Source: a virus
Taxonomy: Duplodnaviria > Caudoviricetes
Length of the DNA stretch: 64,000 nucleotides
Virus record (IMG/VR): IMGVR_UViG_2561511114_000002
Location: 18,294-82,293 of that record
Strand: one strand, 5' to 3'
Shown here: positions 50,295 to 59,770 of the stretch, piece after piece
How positions within the stretch are numbered: the first letter of the stretch is position 1
Layout: every line of letters starts with the position of its first letter
The notes under the pieces: generated by a model
Database searches by the model: none
Told to the model about the DNA's origin: nothing
Seen by the model: the letters and a program-made list of their open reading frames with translations, nothing else
Program-made: the position numbers and the translations under genes

Positions 50295-50482
50295 CGGACC
50301 GGCCTTGTCGTGTACGCGCCGCTGTCGTAGCCGTACGACACGGGCGACCGGTAGGGGCCGTTCACCGCGGCTGGTACTTCGACCTTCCGGCCATCCGTGT
50401 ACGTGACGCGCAGCTGGTGATTGCGGCGGCGCACCCGGTGGATCACCGCCTTCGACGTGTCGCTGCTGGCCTGCGGCGACAT
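50291..50482 (-). CDS. Small hypothetical protein
   Basis: Coupled on both sides. Confidence 0.5.
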   Translation of the reverse strand: MSPQASSDTSKAVIHRVRRRNHQLRVTYTDGRKVEVPAAVNGPYRSPVSYGYDSGAYTTRPVR

Positions 50483-50817
50483 CACGCGCCCCGCCTCGCG
50501 GCGTTGATACGGTCGGCGACCTGCTGCGCCAGCATCAGCGCCAACACCAGATCCGCCGTCGACCCGTAGGTGCCCTCCACCCCGATCACGTCGATCACCG
50601 CCAAACCTTCGATGACGGTGCCGTCCGGTCCCTGCTGCACCCGCTGCGTGACCTGGATCTTCCAGGTCGCCTCCTCGTGCCAGTCGGAGCCCTTCCAGGT
50701 GCGGGAGCAGTGGTCGACCACCCCCGCCGCCAGGTCGGGGATGTGGCACTCGACGCACCAGTCCGGGTCGGACGGAACGAAGACCGTGGTCGTCGTGCCG
50801 GTCGCGGCGGTCATCAC
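50482..50817 (-). CDS. Hypothetical protein
   Basis: PDWCVECH motif; coupled. Confidence 0.6.
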   Translation of the reverse strand: MMTAATGTTTTVFVPSDPDWCVECHIPDLAAGVVDHCSRTWKGSDWHEEATWKIQVTQRVQQGPDGTVIEGLAVIDVIGVEGTYGSTADLVLALMLAQQVADRINAARRGA

Positions 50818-51086
50818 CGCACCCCCTCAACCTGGTCGGCGAACAGTTCGGCTGCGGTCAGCAGCGCGTGCAGCGTGTCCAGGTGTTCGGTCAGGCGGTT
50901 CCGGCCTTCGGTGACGATGTGGACGCCGGTGGGCCCGTACAGGTGGCTGCCGTCGTCGCGGGTGGTGTCGGTGCGCTGGATGAGTACGTCGAGGCCGGCG
51001 ATGGTGCCGATGAGGTGGCGGTGGGTGGTGTCGGGTCCGCTGGTGGTGCAGGTGTTGGGCTGGCACCAGGCGGGGTGTGCGGTCAT
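50814..51086 (-). CDS. Hypothetical protein
   Basis: HPAWC...C...H.H motif; coupled. Confidence 0.6.
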   Translation of the reverse strand: MTAHPAWCQPNTCTTSGPDTTHRHLIGTIAGLDVLIQRTDTTRDDGSHLYGPTGVHIVTEGRNRLTEHLDTLHALLTAAELFADQVEGVR

Positions 51087-51571
51087 CGGCGGGCCGCCTT
51101 CCGCTGGGCGCGGTCGCGGGCGGCGGCAGCGGCGTGCGTGTCCCGTAGCTCGCGGAAGGTACGCGGGCGGGTCGTCTGCGACAGGGACTCGATCAGCTCG
51201 TCGACCTTGGCGGTGTTGACGGGCGACTCGAACCCGTCCAGCAGGTCGTTAAGGTAGTCGGCCCGCACCCGACTGTCCGTGTCACGACGGCGCTGCGCCT
51301 CGTGCAGGTCACGGGTCAACGCGTCGCATATCGCGTCACGAACCCCGGCGGGGTGAACGTTGTTGAGCCCGCCTTCGCGGATAACCGCGTAGATAGTGCG
51401 GTAGGCGTCCCGGTCGACGACGGTGAAGCACAGGCCGTGCTCCCGGTTGCCGCCGGTGCGGGTCATGGTGGTGATGGAGTAGCCGCCGTCAACGGTGATT
51501 TGGGCGGTGAGCTCGTACCGGCCGTAGGGCCTGGTAACGGGATCTGGGCGCGCGGCAGTACCCTGCTGCAT
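51083..51571 (-). CDS. Hypothetical protein, first gene of the leftward operon
   Basis: GAAGGG RBS. Confidence 0.65.
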   Translation of the reverse strand: MQQGTAARPDPVTRPYGRYELTAQITVDGGYSITTMTRTGGNREHGLCFTVVDRDAYRTIYAVIREGGLNNVHPAGVRDAICDALTRDLHEAQRRRDTDSRVRADYLNDLLDGFESPVNTAKVDELIESLSQTTRPRTFRELRDTHAAAAARDRAQRKAARR

Positions 51572-51705
51572 AGCGGTTCCCTTCGGGGAGTCCGTTGGGG
51601 CCCCTGCACCGGTCGTCCGCCAAGACTTGAGCCGGTGTGGGGGTTTTTCCTTGCAGCACTAACCTTGCCAAACTGGCATGTGAAAGTCAAGGGTGCACAT
51701 GCCAA

Positions 51706-52443
51706 TTAGGCGGAGAAGTTGTACACCACCTCGTACGCTTCCGTGTCAAGCACCATCCGCGTCACGTCCACGCACCGCCCCTTAGACCGCGCAAACCGCG
51801 TGATCTCCAGAACCATCGACTTACTCCGAGGAAGCCGCAACAGTTCGGCCTCATCCGGAAGCGGAGGGCGGCCCACGATCCGCTCCGTGAACTCATCCGG
51901 CCCCCAGCCCTGATCGGCCAGCCTGCCAAACGTCCCACCCGGGCCGGTGTCGTGGTAGACGATCGCGGTCCCCCGGGCCAGGTCCACAGGGATGTGCGAC
52001 TCGGCGAGTTGCACACGTCGGCCGTCGACCTCGAACACTCGGAACCGGCGCACGACCGGCGAGTCAGCGTCGATGCCGAACGCTTCCGCCACGAACGCGG
52101 GGGCCGGCACCTCATCAACGCGGGCGTCAACGTCGCGCCACCGCTGCCCGGTGTCCTTGTCCTGAATCGCCTTGCCACTCCCCCACTGCTTCTTCGACAC
52201 GCGTCCCGGCGACTCGCGGACGATGCGGGTGAACGGCTCACGGACGGTACTGGCAGCCCCCTGTCGGGAGATGATGGCACCTTCGGCGCGCAGTGTGGCT
52301 AGCGCCTGCTGGACAGCGCCCCGCCCCATCCCGTGCTCGGCCATCATCTCGGTGATGGACGGCAGTGTGTCTCCGGGTTGCAGCTTGCCCGAGCGAATGT
52401 CGTCTCTGAGCTGGGCCGCAAGGCTAGCGGCACTCCGTGGCAT
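51706..52443 (-). CDS. GntR-family repressor with UTRA domain (KorA/TraR-like)
   Basis: LRDDIRSG.L.PGD.LPS...L.AEG...SRQG wHTH plus UTRA-type C-terminus. Confidence 0.9.
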   Translation of the reverse strand: MPRSAASLAAQLRDDIRSGKLQPGDTLPSITEMMAEHGMGRGAVQQALATLRAEGAIISRQGAASTVREPFTRIVRESPGRVSKKQWGSGKAIQDKDTGQRWRDVDARVDEVPAPAFVAEAFGIDADSPVVRRFRVFEVDGRRVQLAESHIPVDLARGTAIVYHDTGPGGTFGRLADQGWGPDEFTERIVGRPPLPDEAELLRLPRSKSMVLEITRFARSKGRCVDVTRMVLDTEAYEVVYNFSA

Positions 52444-52604
52444 GTCAAACCCCTAACTGTCTTATGACAGCAGGCTACGCGCATGTAAGGGCCGCCTTGT
52501 CCGGACGGCACGGACAAACTTTGCCACACCGCCAGCTTGCATGACCCTTGCCATGTAAGCACTTACAGCTTGACCTGCATGTGACAGTAAGGAATGATCA
52601 GGTC

Positions 52605-52853
52605 ATGGAGCTAAGCGAAATCATGCTGCTCGTCGAAGCCCACAAGAAGGCTCGCAGTGGCGACGCAAAGAAGATCCGGCGGCGTGCCGGACTGACCATG
52701 GCCCACGTAGCCGCCGTCGTTGGCGTTAGCGAATCAACCGTCAGCCGATGGGAGGGCGGTTCCCGCAAACCACGGGGCGAACATGCCCGCAAGTGGGCCG
52801 TCCTGCTCAACGAGCTGGAGCGCGCGCAGGCCGAACCGGTCGCAGCCGCCTGA
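52605..52853 (+). CDS. XRE/Cro-like HTH protein
   Basis: GLTMAHVAAVVGVSESTVSRWEGG.RKP; divergent from GntR. Confidence 0.85.
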   Translation: MELSEIMLLVEAHKKARSGDAKKIRRRAGLTMAHVAAVVGVSESTVSRWEGGSRKPRGEHARKWAVLLNELERAQAEPVAAA

Positions 52854-52857
52854 ACCA

Positions 52858-54240
52858 ATGACCGCCCCCCGACCGAACGGGCGTTGGTTTCGGGACATCT
52901 ACCGCGATGCCGTGTGGGAGTCCGAGGAACTGACGGCCCAAGAGAAGGCCGTCGCCGAGACATACGCACGGCACGCACGCGACGAACACGACAACAAGAG
53001 CGCGACTGCTGACCTCGCGTGGACGACCTACCCGCGACTCATGGCCAAGGCGGGCATCGGACGGCGGGCGAATGTGAGCACCGCCGTGGCGAGCCTGGTG
53101 AAGAAGGGGTGGCTGACCGTGGTCCGTGAGGCGAGTCGACGGCCGACGCTCTACCGCCTGACGATTCCCGTCGGTGGTTCCGATGGTGGAACTACCAGCC
53201 AGGCGAACCGTAGTTCCGGTGATGGAACCACGGTAGTTCCGAGACCGGCAGCTGGTAGTTCCACGTCCGCCGCCGGTAGTTCCGATGGTGGAACGCAACC
53301 ATTAGGACCATTAGAAAGTCGACCACCAACCTCTCTCTCTGACGCTCGCACATCGGTGCCCGCACCTAGCGGGCCCAACGACGATCGAGAGAGAGACGAA
53401 GAGTCTTCAACCGAAGATCCCAACCCCGTTGGGCCGCTACAGCGATTCGTCATCAAGCGCGGCGCACCTCAACACCTCGCCACCCAGGTAGTCGAGTTTA
53501 TTGAAGCCACCAACGCCATCGACGGATTTGGCTGGTGGATCACCGCCAGCGGCAACGGCACCCTCGCCGCGCAGGTAGCTACCGCCGTCGAAGTGTTGGC
53601 CACATCTATCGGAGGCGGCGACCAGACGCTTTCCGAGCGCAACGGCGTGCCCGCTGGTCAGCGGCCCGTGGTGTACGACGTGGCGTTGGAGATCCGCGGA
53701 CCGAAACCGTCCAAGGAGGGAGAGAACAAGGGCGGCAAGGGTAAGGGCGAAGCAACCCCCGGTACGGGTACCACCCCCGGTACCGATACAGGGGGTGGTA
53801 CCGATACCCCCAGCACCCCCGGTATGGATACCTCTCCCACCCCTGGTATGGATACCCCCCAAATAAGCCCTTCTAAAAATCCTTTGAACAACCCTTCCTC
53901 CCCCGCCGTCGAACGCGGCACCTCGCCGCGCTCCAACATGCAGGAGGAAGGAAAGACGGATGATCCAAAAACCCGAGCAGACCTCGCCATCATGGCTACC
54001 GCCGTCCGCCTCGCCGCCCCCTACCAAGGCGACATGACCGTCATCGAGTCGCGACGCCTGGCCAGCCACGTCGTTACCGCGCTCGCCAAAGGATGGCCGG
54101 AACAGGCCGTAGCCGACGCACTGGCCCGCGACCTTGCCGGCCTCGACTCGGTAGCCGCCGGCCTGATCGGGCGGATGATGGAACTCGCGGCCACCCCCGT
54201 CCAACCGGACCCGCACCGCGTGCGAGAAGCCGTTGGCTGA
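52858..54240 (+). CDS. Replication initiator-like protein (N-terminal wHTH), apparently chimeric
   Basis: wHTH ending RPTLYRL, iteron-like repeats, then a second RPVVYD segment with a different repeat set. Confidence 0.65.
   Translation: MTAPRPNGRWFRDIYRDAVWESEELTAQEKAVAETYARHARDEHDNKSATADLAWTTYPRLMAKAGIGRRANVSTAVASLVKKGWLTVVREASRRPTLYRLTIPVGGSDGGTTSQANRSSGDGTTVVPRPAAGSSTSAAGSSDGGTQPLGPLESRPPTSLSDARTSVPAPSGPNDDRERDEESSTEDPNPVGPLQRFVIKRGAPQHLATQVVEFIEATNAIDGFGWWITASGNGTLAAQVATAVEVLATSIGGGDQTLSERNGVPAGQRPVVYDVALEIRGPKPSKEGENKGGKGKGEATPGTGTTPGTDTGGGTDTPSTPGMDTSPTPGMDTPQISPSKNPLNNPSSPAVERGTSPRSNMQEEGKTDDPKTRADLAIMATAVRLAAPYQGDMTVIESRRLASHVVTALAKGWPEQAVADALARDLAGLDSVAAGLIGRMMELAATPVQPDPHRVREAVG
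53173..53294. repeat. Iteron-like array 1 (GGTAGTTCC, direct and inverted)
   Basis: About five direct and two to three inverted copies. Confidence 0.7.
53756..53890. repeat. Iteron-like array 2 (GGTA(C/T)(C/G)GATAC) followed by an AT-rich tract
   Basis: About five copies then AAATAAGCCCTTCTAAAAATCCTTTGAACA. Confidence 0.7.
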
Positions 54241-54363
54241 GGAAAACCGGCAGCAGACGGGTGCCGATACTGACGGCGGTCGGCCGTCGACTAACTGCGG
54301 CACGACGAATCGTCCCTGCCGAGATGCATCGCCCAGCCGTCGGTGTACCGCTACCATGCCGTC

Positions 54364-54858
54364 ATGCCCTACGGACCCGAATCCGAACACGAGGCGGCCT
54401 TCGCGCGCCTCCTCCGGGTGCAACGGGCCAAACGTGGCCTACGCCAACAAGATGTCGCCGACGCCTCCGGCGTCTCCCTGCACACCATCATGCGATGGGA
54501 GACCGGCCAAAGCCGGTCACCCCAGCCCGCCCAAGTTCGCGCCGTCTGCCGCGCCCTCGGCATCAACCCACTCGAGGTGGCTGTTGCCCTGGGCTACCTC
54601 AGCGAGGACGAAATCCGGTCCAGGACAGACCTCGCCTGGCCCCCCACGGCAACCAAGGTTGAGTACTACCACGCCAACGGCCAGGAAGGCGACGCCTACC
54701 AACCCCTCGTACGCCGCAGACTCGCCGACGCCCTCGGCATCGAAAAGCCACCGACGCTCACCCCCGAGGAACAGCAGAAACTGCGGGAGGCTGAGGAACG
54801 CGCCGAGCGCGACGCAGACCGGATCTACGGAGACCACGCCGGCCAGGCCGTGGCGTGA
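54364..54858 (+). CDS. XRE-HTH protein, putative antitoxin
   Basis: GLRQQDVADASGVSLHTIMRWETG; GTGA overlap with the PIN gene. Confidence 0.75.
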   Translation: MPYGPESEHEAAFARLLRVQRAKRGLRQQDVADASGVSLHTIMRWETGQSRSPQPAQVRAVCRALGINPLEVAVALGYLSEDEIRSRTDLAWPPTATKVEYYHANGQEGDAYQPLVRRRLADALGIEKPPTLTPEEQQKLREAEERAERDADRIYGDHAGQAVA

Positions 54859-55214
54859 GACCCCGCATCCTCGACACGTCGGCGATCATCGCCCTGTTCG
54901 ACGCCTACCCGCCCGTGTTCGACCTGATGACCCGCGCGGAAGCCAACGAGGTGGCCGTCGTTCTGCCGGCGGCTGCCGTCGCGGACGCGAACCGGAAGAT
55001 CCGCGGATCGTTCGGCATGTGGGAGCCGGTCCTCTTGACTGCCGGGCTGACGGTCATGCCGCTTGATCCGCATGTCGCTATCGAGATTCACGACCTGGTC
55101 GGCGACGTGGCTACTCGGCACACCGTGTACGAGGCGCGGCTGATGCGTGGTGTGGTGGTGACCTGCGACCCGGGCGCCTATCGGGGACACACGGTTCCGC
55201 TGCTGGTCGTCTGA
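54855..55214 (+). CDS. PIN-domain (VapC-like) protein
   Basis: ILDTSAIIA N-terminus, VVTCD C-terminus, 119 aa. Confidence 0.75.
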   Translation: MRPRILDTSAIIALFDAYPPVFDLMTRAEANEVAVVLPAAAVADANRKIRGSFGMWEPVLLTAGLTVMPLDPHVAIEIHDLVGDVATRHTVYEARLMRGVVVTCDPGAYRGHTVPLLVV

Positions 55215-55339
55215 CTCGCTGCGGCGCTTGCCATCGACCTGGCCAAGCAGACGGGCCGTTCCGCCATCGACCACATCGACGACGTGGAGCAGTCTGATCG
55301 AAGGGCAACAGCAGTGACGAACCCGTCGCGCCCGCCGGT

Positions 55340-55795
55340 CTAGCCGATCGTGAGCCGGATGGTGGTGTTCAGCTGCGCATCATCAAACTGGACTTTGCCG
55401 CGCCGGCCCACCTCGACGCCGTAGAACCGTTCACCGTCCGGCACCCCCGTCACCTCGAACGGCATCTCGCACACCTTGAACGGCTCCCCCAGCTCGGGAT
55501 CCGCCTGGACTCTGCCGATCTCGAGTGCGCCAACGCCGACGGTTGTGCCGCCGCTGTCGGTCACCACCACCTGCACGCCGGGGGTCAGATCGTCCCAGCC
55601 GCGCTGCGACAGGCTGCCGCCGTGGCAATCCAGGCCAACCTCCCAGCCGGACGGCCAGCCCTGGATGGCCATGGTGCCGGTGATGGTGCGGGTGGACGGG
55701 CCAGAAGCTGGCGTATCGGCGGGTTCAGGGCTACTGCTGCAGGCGGCGAGCAGCAACACGATCGCGGCGGCGGGCATGGCGTGGTGTAGGCGCAT
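55340..55795 (-). CDS. Lipoprotein
   Basis: Lipobox LAAC; YGVEVGRRG. Confidence 0.75.
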   Translation of the reverse strand: MRLHHAMPAAAIVLLLAACSSSPEPADTPASGPSTRTITGTMAIQGWPSGWEVGLDCHGGSLSQRGWDDLTPGVQVVVTDSGGTTVGVGALEIGRVQADPELGEPFKVCEMPFEVTGVPDGERFYGVEVGRRGKVQFDDAQLNTTIRLTIG

Positions 55796-55934
55796 CGGGG
55801 CAGTCTCGACCACGCGGTACGTGCCGTGGACCCGCACGACCGGCCAGTATCGCTGTCGCCTACACGACTTTCGGGATTGTGTAGGCGGGTGGCGGGCTGC
55901 GTCCCGCCCGAGCGAGCGGGATGCGGCCACATGG

Positions 55935-56424
55935 TCAGCGTTCGTTCCAGCGCACACCCCAGTGCGCGGTGACCTCTCGCAGGTCACCGCCGTATCGGGT
56001 CGTGCCATCGCGATCCCAGACACAGCCGAGGTGGATCGCCGCCGACCGTTGACCGGGGTAGCCGAACACCACGGCGTGTCTCACCGGCGGGAGGCTCATC
56101 AGGCACGCATGGTCCCCGTGTGGGGGTGAGGTGGCGAGTTCGTTGAAGTAGTCCGTCAACGCTGTGACGTCGCTGGTGTTGCGGCGGGTGGCCTCGAGAT
56201 CCCATGGGGCGTCACCGTCTGTGGGGTAGGTGCACAGCACGGCCTCGGTCGCCCCGGTGGGGACCATGACATCCGGCGCGGACGGGGTGGGCGGCGGTCT
56301 CGGCCCGCACTGGGCCGAGTTCGGGCTTCGTGTCGGCTGTGACCAGTACGACGGCCACCACAAGGCCGAGTAGCGCCGCGGCGGCCAGGACAAGACCCAC
56401 CGCCGTTCCAGGGGGGAGAGTCAT
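55935..56424 (-). pseudogene. Frameshifted membrane-anchored protein
   Basis: TM-bearing N-terminus (ORF 56212..56424) and globular C-terminus (ORF 55935..56393) are in different frames. Confidence 0.45.
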
Positions 56425-56619
56425 CCGAGCGGCTGACCATCAGCTCCATCGGCTCCGAGCCGTCAACGACGGTCACCGGCACCTCTACCGCTGCCTCCTG
56501 GAGGATCTGGGACACCGGTGTGACCGGCCCCGTAGGTCGGCTTGCTCCCACCGAATCCGGGTGCACGGTTTGGGGGCCACGAGCGACTTCCAGCCCGCTG
56601 CCGTCGGACTCGGAACCGA

Positions 56620-56890
56620 TCGACTGGATGTCGTGGTCGGGATGCCGCCATCAGCCCAAGCCGCATGCGCCACATCGCCACGACGCTGACCGCAACCGGC
56701 ATCACAGTCATCGACGCCGCGATCATCGGCCCTCCACCATCGCGGGGCTACCACACGGATCTACCTCGCCGGCGATCACACCGACGCCACCGCCGCGCTG
56801 TTCACCGACACCACCGTCACCCCTGTTGTCCTCAACGAACCAGTCGGAGCGGCCAGCGCCCTGACTTGACCTACGCCGCCTACCAAAAGC
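56620..56890 (+). pseudogene. Remnant of an NAD(P)-dependent oxidoreductase (DUF1932-type)
   Basis: AISPSRM...VIDAAIIGPPP and broken ASAL*..YAAYQK. Confidence 0.5.
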
Positions 56891-56930
56891 GGCATTGCAA
56901 CTGTCTCTGCTGTTGGCCATGCTGAGGGGC

Positions 56931-57452
56931 GTGAGCGACATCGGGGATGCGTTGTGGAACACGGCGGTCGGCCCGTCCGACTATTCGGAGGCCAACGACC
57001 GGTACCTGCAGGCGATACTCGACCAGTACAAGCTCTGCGTGGAGATGGCCGACCGGGTCAGTTCCCGACGCAACCTGACCAACACGTTCTTCCTGTCCCT
57101 CAACAGCGCGGTCGTAGCAGCCGTGGCGGCCGTGGCGGCGATGTCCTCCAGCAGGCTGGCCAACATGTCGGACCTGTTACTTTTGGCCGGGCTGGTCATC
57201 CTGCTCGCCCAATGCGCCGCATGGTTCGTCATGGTGCGCTCGTACAGGCAGCTCAACTCCGCCAAGTACTCCGTGATCGGAGCCCTGGAGGAACGACTAC
57301 CGGCTTTTGCTTACTCCCGGGCGGAGTGGGGGGCGCTCGGCGAGGGCCGCTACTGGCGCAAGTACTTACCCCTGACCTACGTCGAGCAGTGGGTACCAGT
57401 CATCTTCGCTCTCTCCTACTTGGTGGGTTCTGTGTCATGGTGGGTCGGGTAG
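56931..57452 (+). CDS. Small integral membrane protein, candidate defence effector
   Basis: ILDQYKLCVEMADRVSSRRNLTN.FFL followed by three TM helices. Confidence 0.75.
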   Translation: MSDIGDALWNTAVGPSDYSEANDRYLQAILDQYKLCVEMADRVSSRRNLTNTFFLSLNSAVVAAVAAVAAMSSSRLANMSDLLLLAGLVILLAQCAAWFVMVRSYRQLNSAKYSVIGALEERLPAFAYSRAEWGALGEGRYWRKYLPLTYVEQWVPVIFALSYLVGSVSWWVG

Positions 57453-57500
57453 CCCGAGGGTCGATCGACCCTCGGGTTACCCGACCAGAAAGGGTTGACC

Positions 57501-59138
57501 ATGCCCGAATTTGATACGAAAGCGACTGTAGACAACCTCCTCGCACGATGGGACTTCGCGCGTCAGGGTGCGATGAAGCAGGCAGATGCGGATGCTTCGT
57601 TTCACGTCTGGCTGATGCGCGCCGTGCGGGCGCTCGTCCGAGAGGCCGGGCCAGCGCCTGATGAGGATCTGGCGCACTTCTGGATTAGCGCGACGGTCGA
57701 CCGCTGCATTTCGCTTGGCCGGTTCGACGACTCCCTCATCTTGATCGATTGGCTAGTCGGCTTGTATGCACCGCGTGGCGACAGCCTCGCCCGAAAGACA
57801 ATCTCGCGGGCCACCGATCTCTACCGTGATGCAGCTCAGGTGCCCGAGCTGCATGCACACGCGACCAGGTCGCTAAGGCGGATGGTCGAGTTAGTCCCTG
57901 AAGGTGGAGAGACGGAGATGGAATGGCTGAGCTGCAAGGCGCTCATGGACCTCAGCTGGCTTCTCCTCGAGGGCAAGGATATTCACAACAACCTGCAGAA
58001 AACACGGGCGAGCATCGAGGTCTGCGACGAGATCATCGAGTACTGGCAGTCGAGCAGTGATGGCTGGCTGCGCCTGAACGTCGCCACGGCCGCGCTCCAA
58101 AAGGCAATCAATTACATGAATATTGGCGAAGAGTCGGAGGCCAGGCAGAGCTACGCGCACATCGTCGAACTATTCACAGCGGACATCGCTGGTACCGGAA
58201 ACACCAAACTGACCGAGATTGTATTCATCGCCCGGCATGCGCTGGACGTACTGGACACGGTGCGAATCCCAGACCCGGAGTTCAAGACCGAATATATAGA
58301 AGCGATGATGCGGGCAGCTCGCCGAACTGGGAGTTACGACCCGGAGGGGATTGTCGGCGTCCCGCGAGATTACGATGTCCATTCCATCCGTTTAGCTGGA
58401 CAGATCCATCATGCGGCGGCGAACCTCGTGCGACGGTCAGCATGCACGGGATATCCTACCATCCTGTTGCTGCGTAACTTTGACCTTACGGAAAACTCCT
58501 TCGTGGGCTTCAAGAACAATCCGGCTGATTCACGCTGGATACCGGTGGAACATCTAGTATTCGGCCGGGACGATCCGGACGCTTATACCCGGATTATTCG
58601 TTATACGGATGGCCAGCGTTTACTGAATTCGATAGCTGAGGTCACTGAAGTCGTGCAGGTCGCTAACACCAATGCAGCCGCGTTGGGGATCGACGTTCAG
58701 ATTGAGTCCATGCTCGGCATCTCCAAGAGACTGATGCGATTCCTGTACCTGCCCGATGACGGCTGGCTGGACATCGTCCGCATCCTCATCGTCCTCGCCG
58801 AGCGTGTCGTCGTATGGGCGGCTGAGAAGACCCCTGCCCTGCTACAGGAACTCGAACTGATCAAGGAATTGGGACGCGCCGACGATTGCCTCGTACTACT
58901 GGAGGAGCAGTTAGTGGCGTTGGGCCAACCAAAGTCCTTCTATGGCGGGGCCTTCACCCCGGACGACCCGGCCCTGACCGGGTTCCCGGCGATTGTGCGC
59001 GCCAAGGACGTCGCGTCGATTGATCCCGAGAACTGCCCTTTGCTACGGGAGTTCACCAGTCCCCTCATTGCTCTCAGCCAGCGCCCGATTCCTGAGCGCG
59101 TAGCCCGAATACGAAGGCGGATCGATGCGGCGCGGTGA
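57501..59138 (+). CDS. Helical-repeat (TPR-like) protein with C-terminal TIR/nucleoside-hydrolase-like alpha/beta domain
   Basis: 546-aa lower-GC ORF; LLLRNF...W...V..L...A..VVV....T..LLQEL. Confidence 0.6.
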   Translation: MPEFDTKATVDNLLARWDFARQGAMKQADADASFHVWLMRAVRALVREAGPAPDEDLAHFWISATVDRCISLGRFDDSLILIDWLVGLYAPRGDSLARKTISRATDLYRDAAQVPELHAHATRSLRRMVELVPEGGETEMEWLSCKALMDLSWLLLEGKDIHNNLQKTRASIEVCDEIIEYWQSSSDGWLRLNVATAALQKAINYMNIGEESEARQSYAHIVELFTADIAGTGNTKLTEIVFIARHALDVLDTVRIPDPEFKTEYIEAMMRAARRTGSYDPEGIVGVPRDYDVHSIRLAGQIHHAAANLVRRSACTGYPTILLLRNFDLTENSFVGFKNNPADSRWIPVEHLVFGRDDPDAYTRIIRYTDGQRLLNSIAEVTEVVQVANTNAAALGIDVQIESMLGISKRLMRFLYLPDDGWLDIVRILIVLAERVVVWAAEKTPALLQELELIKELGRADDCLVLLEEQLVALGQPKSFYGGAFTPDDPALTGFPAIVRAKDVASIDPENCPLLREFTSPLIALSQRPIPERVARIRRRIDAAR

Positions 59139-59622
59139 GACTGTGGCGGCCCAGGATGAGGTTCGCGTGCTTCAGCGGGAGAGCCGGCCACGTCCCCGTC
59201 CGGCACGTCGTGCTCGTGCTGGGCAACGAGCAGCGCGCTTAGCTCGGTGACCGCAGCGTCCCGGCTTCGCTAAGGGCTCCCAGGCCGCGAGCCCCCAGGG
59301 CATCCGCGCCCTGCGTCACCGCACCGCTGATCTGGCAATGTGCCCGACTGATCCGTGGCGGTAGGGTTGTCGATGCGGTGACGTCCCGGCCGCGCAGGCG
59401 CGGTCCGACTGCTGTCGGGCATCACCACCCGACCGGCGCGTCGGCCGCGTCGAGGGCGGCAGTCACGGCCATCAGGATGCTACGGTGGCGCTCTCGCCGC
59501 TGACTCTCCGGTGTCGATCCTGGTACCGGCTCCATTGCGGCGATGCGGGTCGCGCGACCTGCCTGAACCGGTTTCGGGCATTCCCTGGCTCATCGCATGG
59601 GCCAGGGCTCCGACCTTCTTCT

Positions 59623-59664
59623 AACCCCGCTCTGGCCCTACGGCCGGGCGGGGCGTTTTGCGTG
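59623..59664. repeat. Hairpin family copy D
   Basis: CCCCGC..TGGCCCTACGGCCGGGCGGGG followed by CGTTTT. Confidence 0.6.
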
Positions 59665-59703
59665 GTCAGCGGGCGGGGACAGTCATGCCTCACCCCGCAA
59701 CCA

Positions 59704-59758
59704 CATGTGGTTGACGGTAGTCGTCAACCACATGCATGGTTGACGGTAGACGTCAACC
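59704..59758 (+). promoter_or_regulatory. Tandem palindromic operators over a promoter
   Basis: GGTTGACG-gtag(t/a)-CGTCAACC twice; the first extends to a 31-bp palindrome. Confidence 0.8.
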
Positions 59759-59770
59759 TGAGGAGTTGTC

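Larger units (their letters stand above)
34677..54240. mobile_element. Actinomycete plasmid/AICE-like transfer and replication module
   Basis: TraB-like FtsK ATPase, Spd-like membrane proteins, GntR repressor and replication protein. Confidence 0.6.

Noticed and set aside
59475-59534. tRNA-like 3' end (GTGTCGATCCTGGTACCGGCTCCA)
   Set aside because: T-loop is non-canonical and I could not build an acceptor stem or cloverleaf; tRNAscan-SE would settle it
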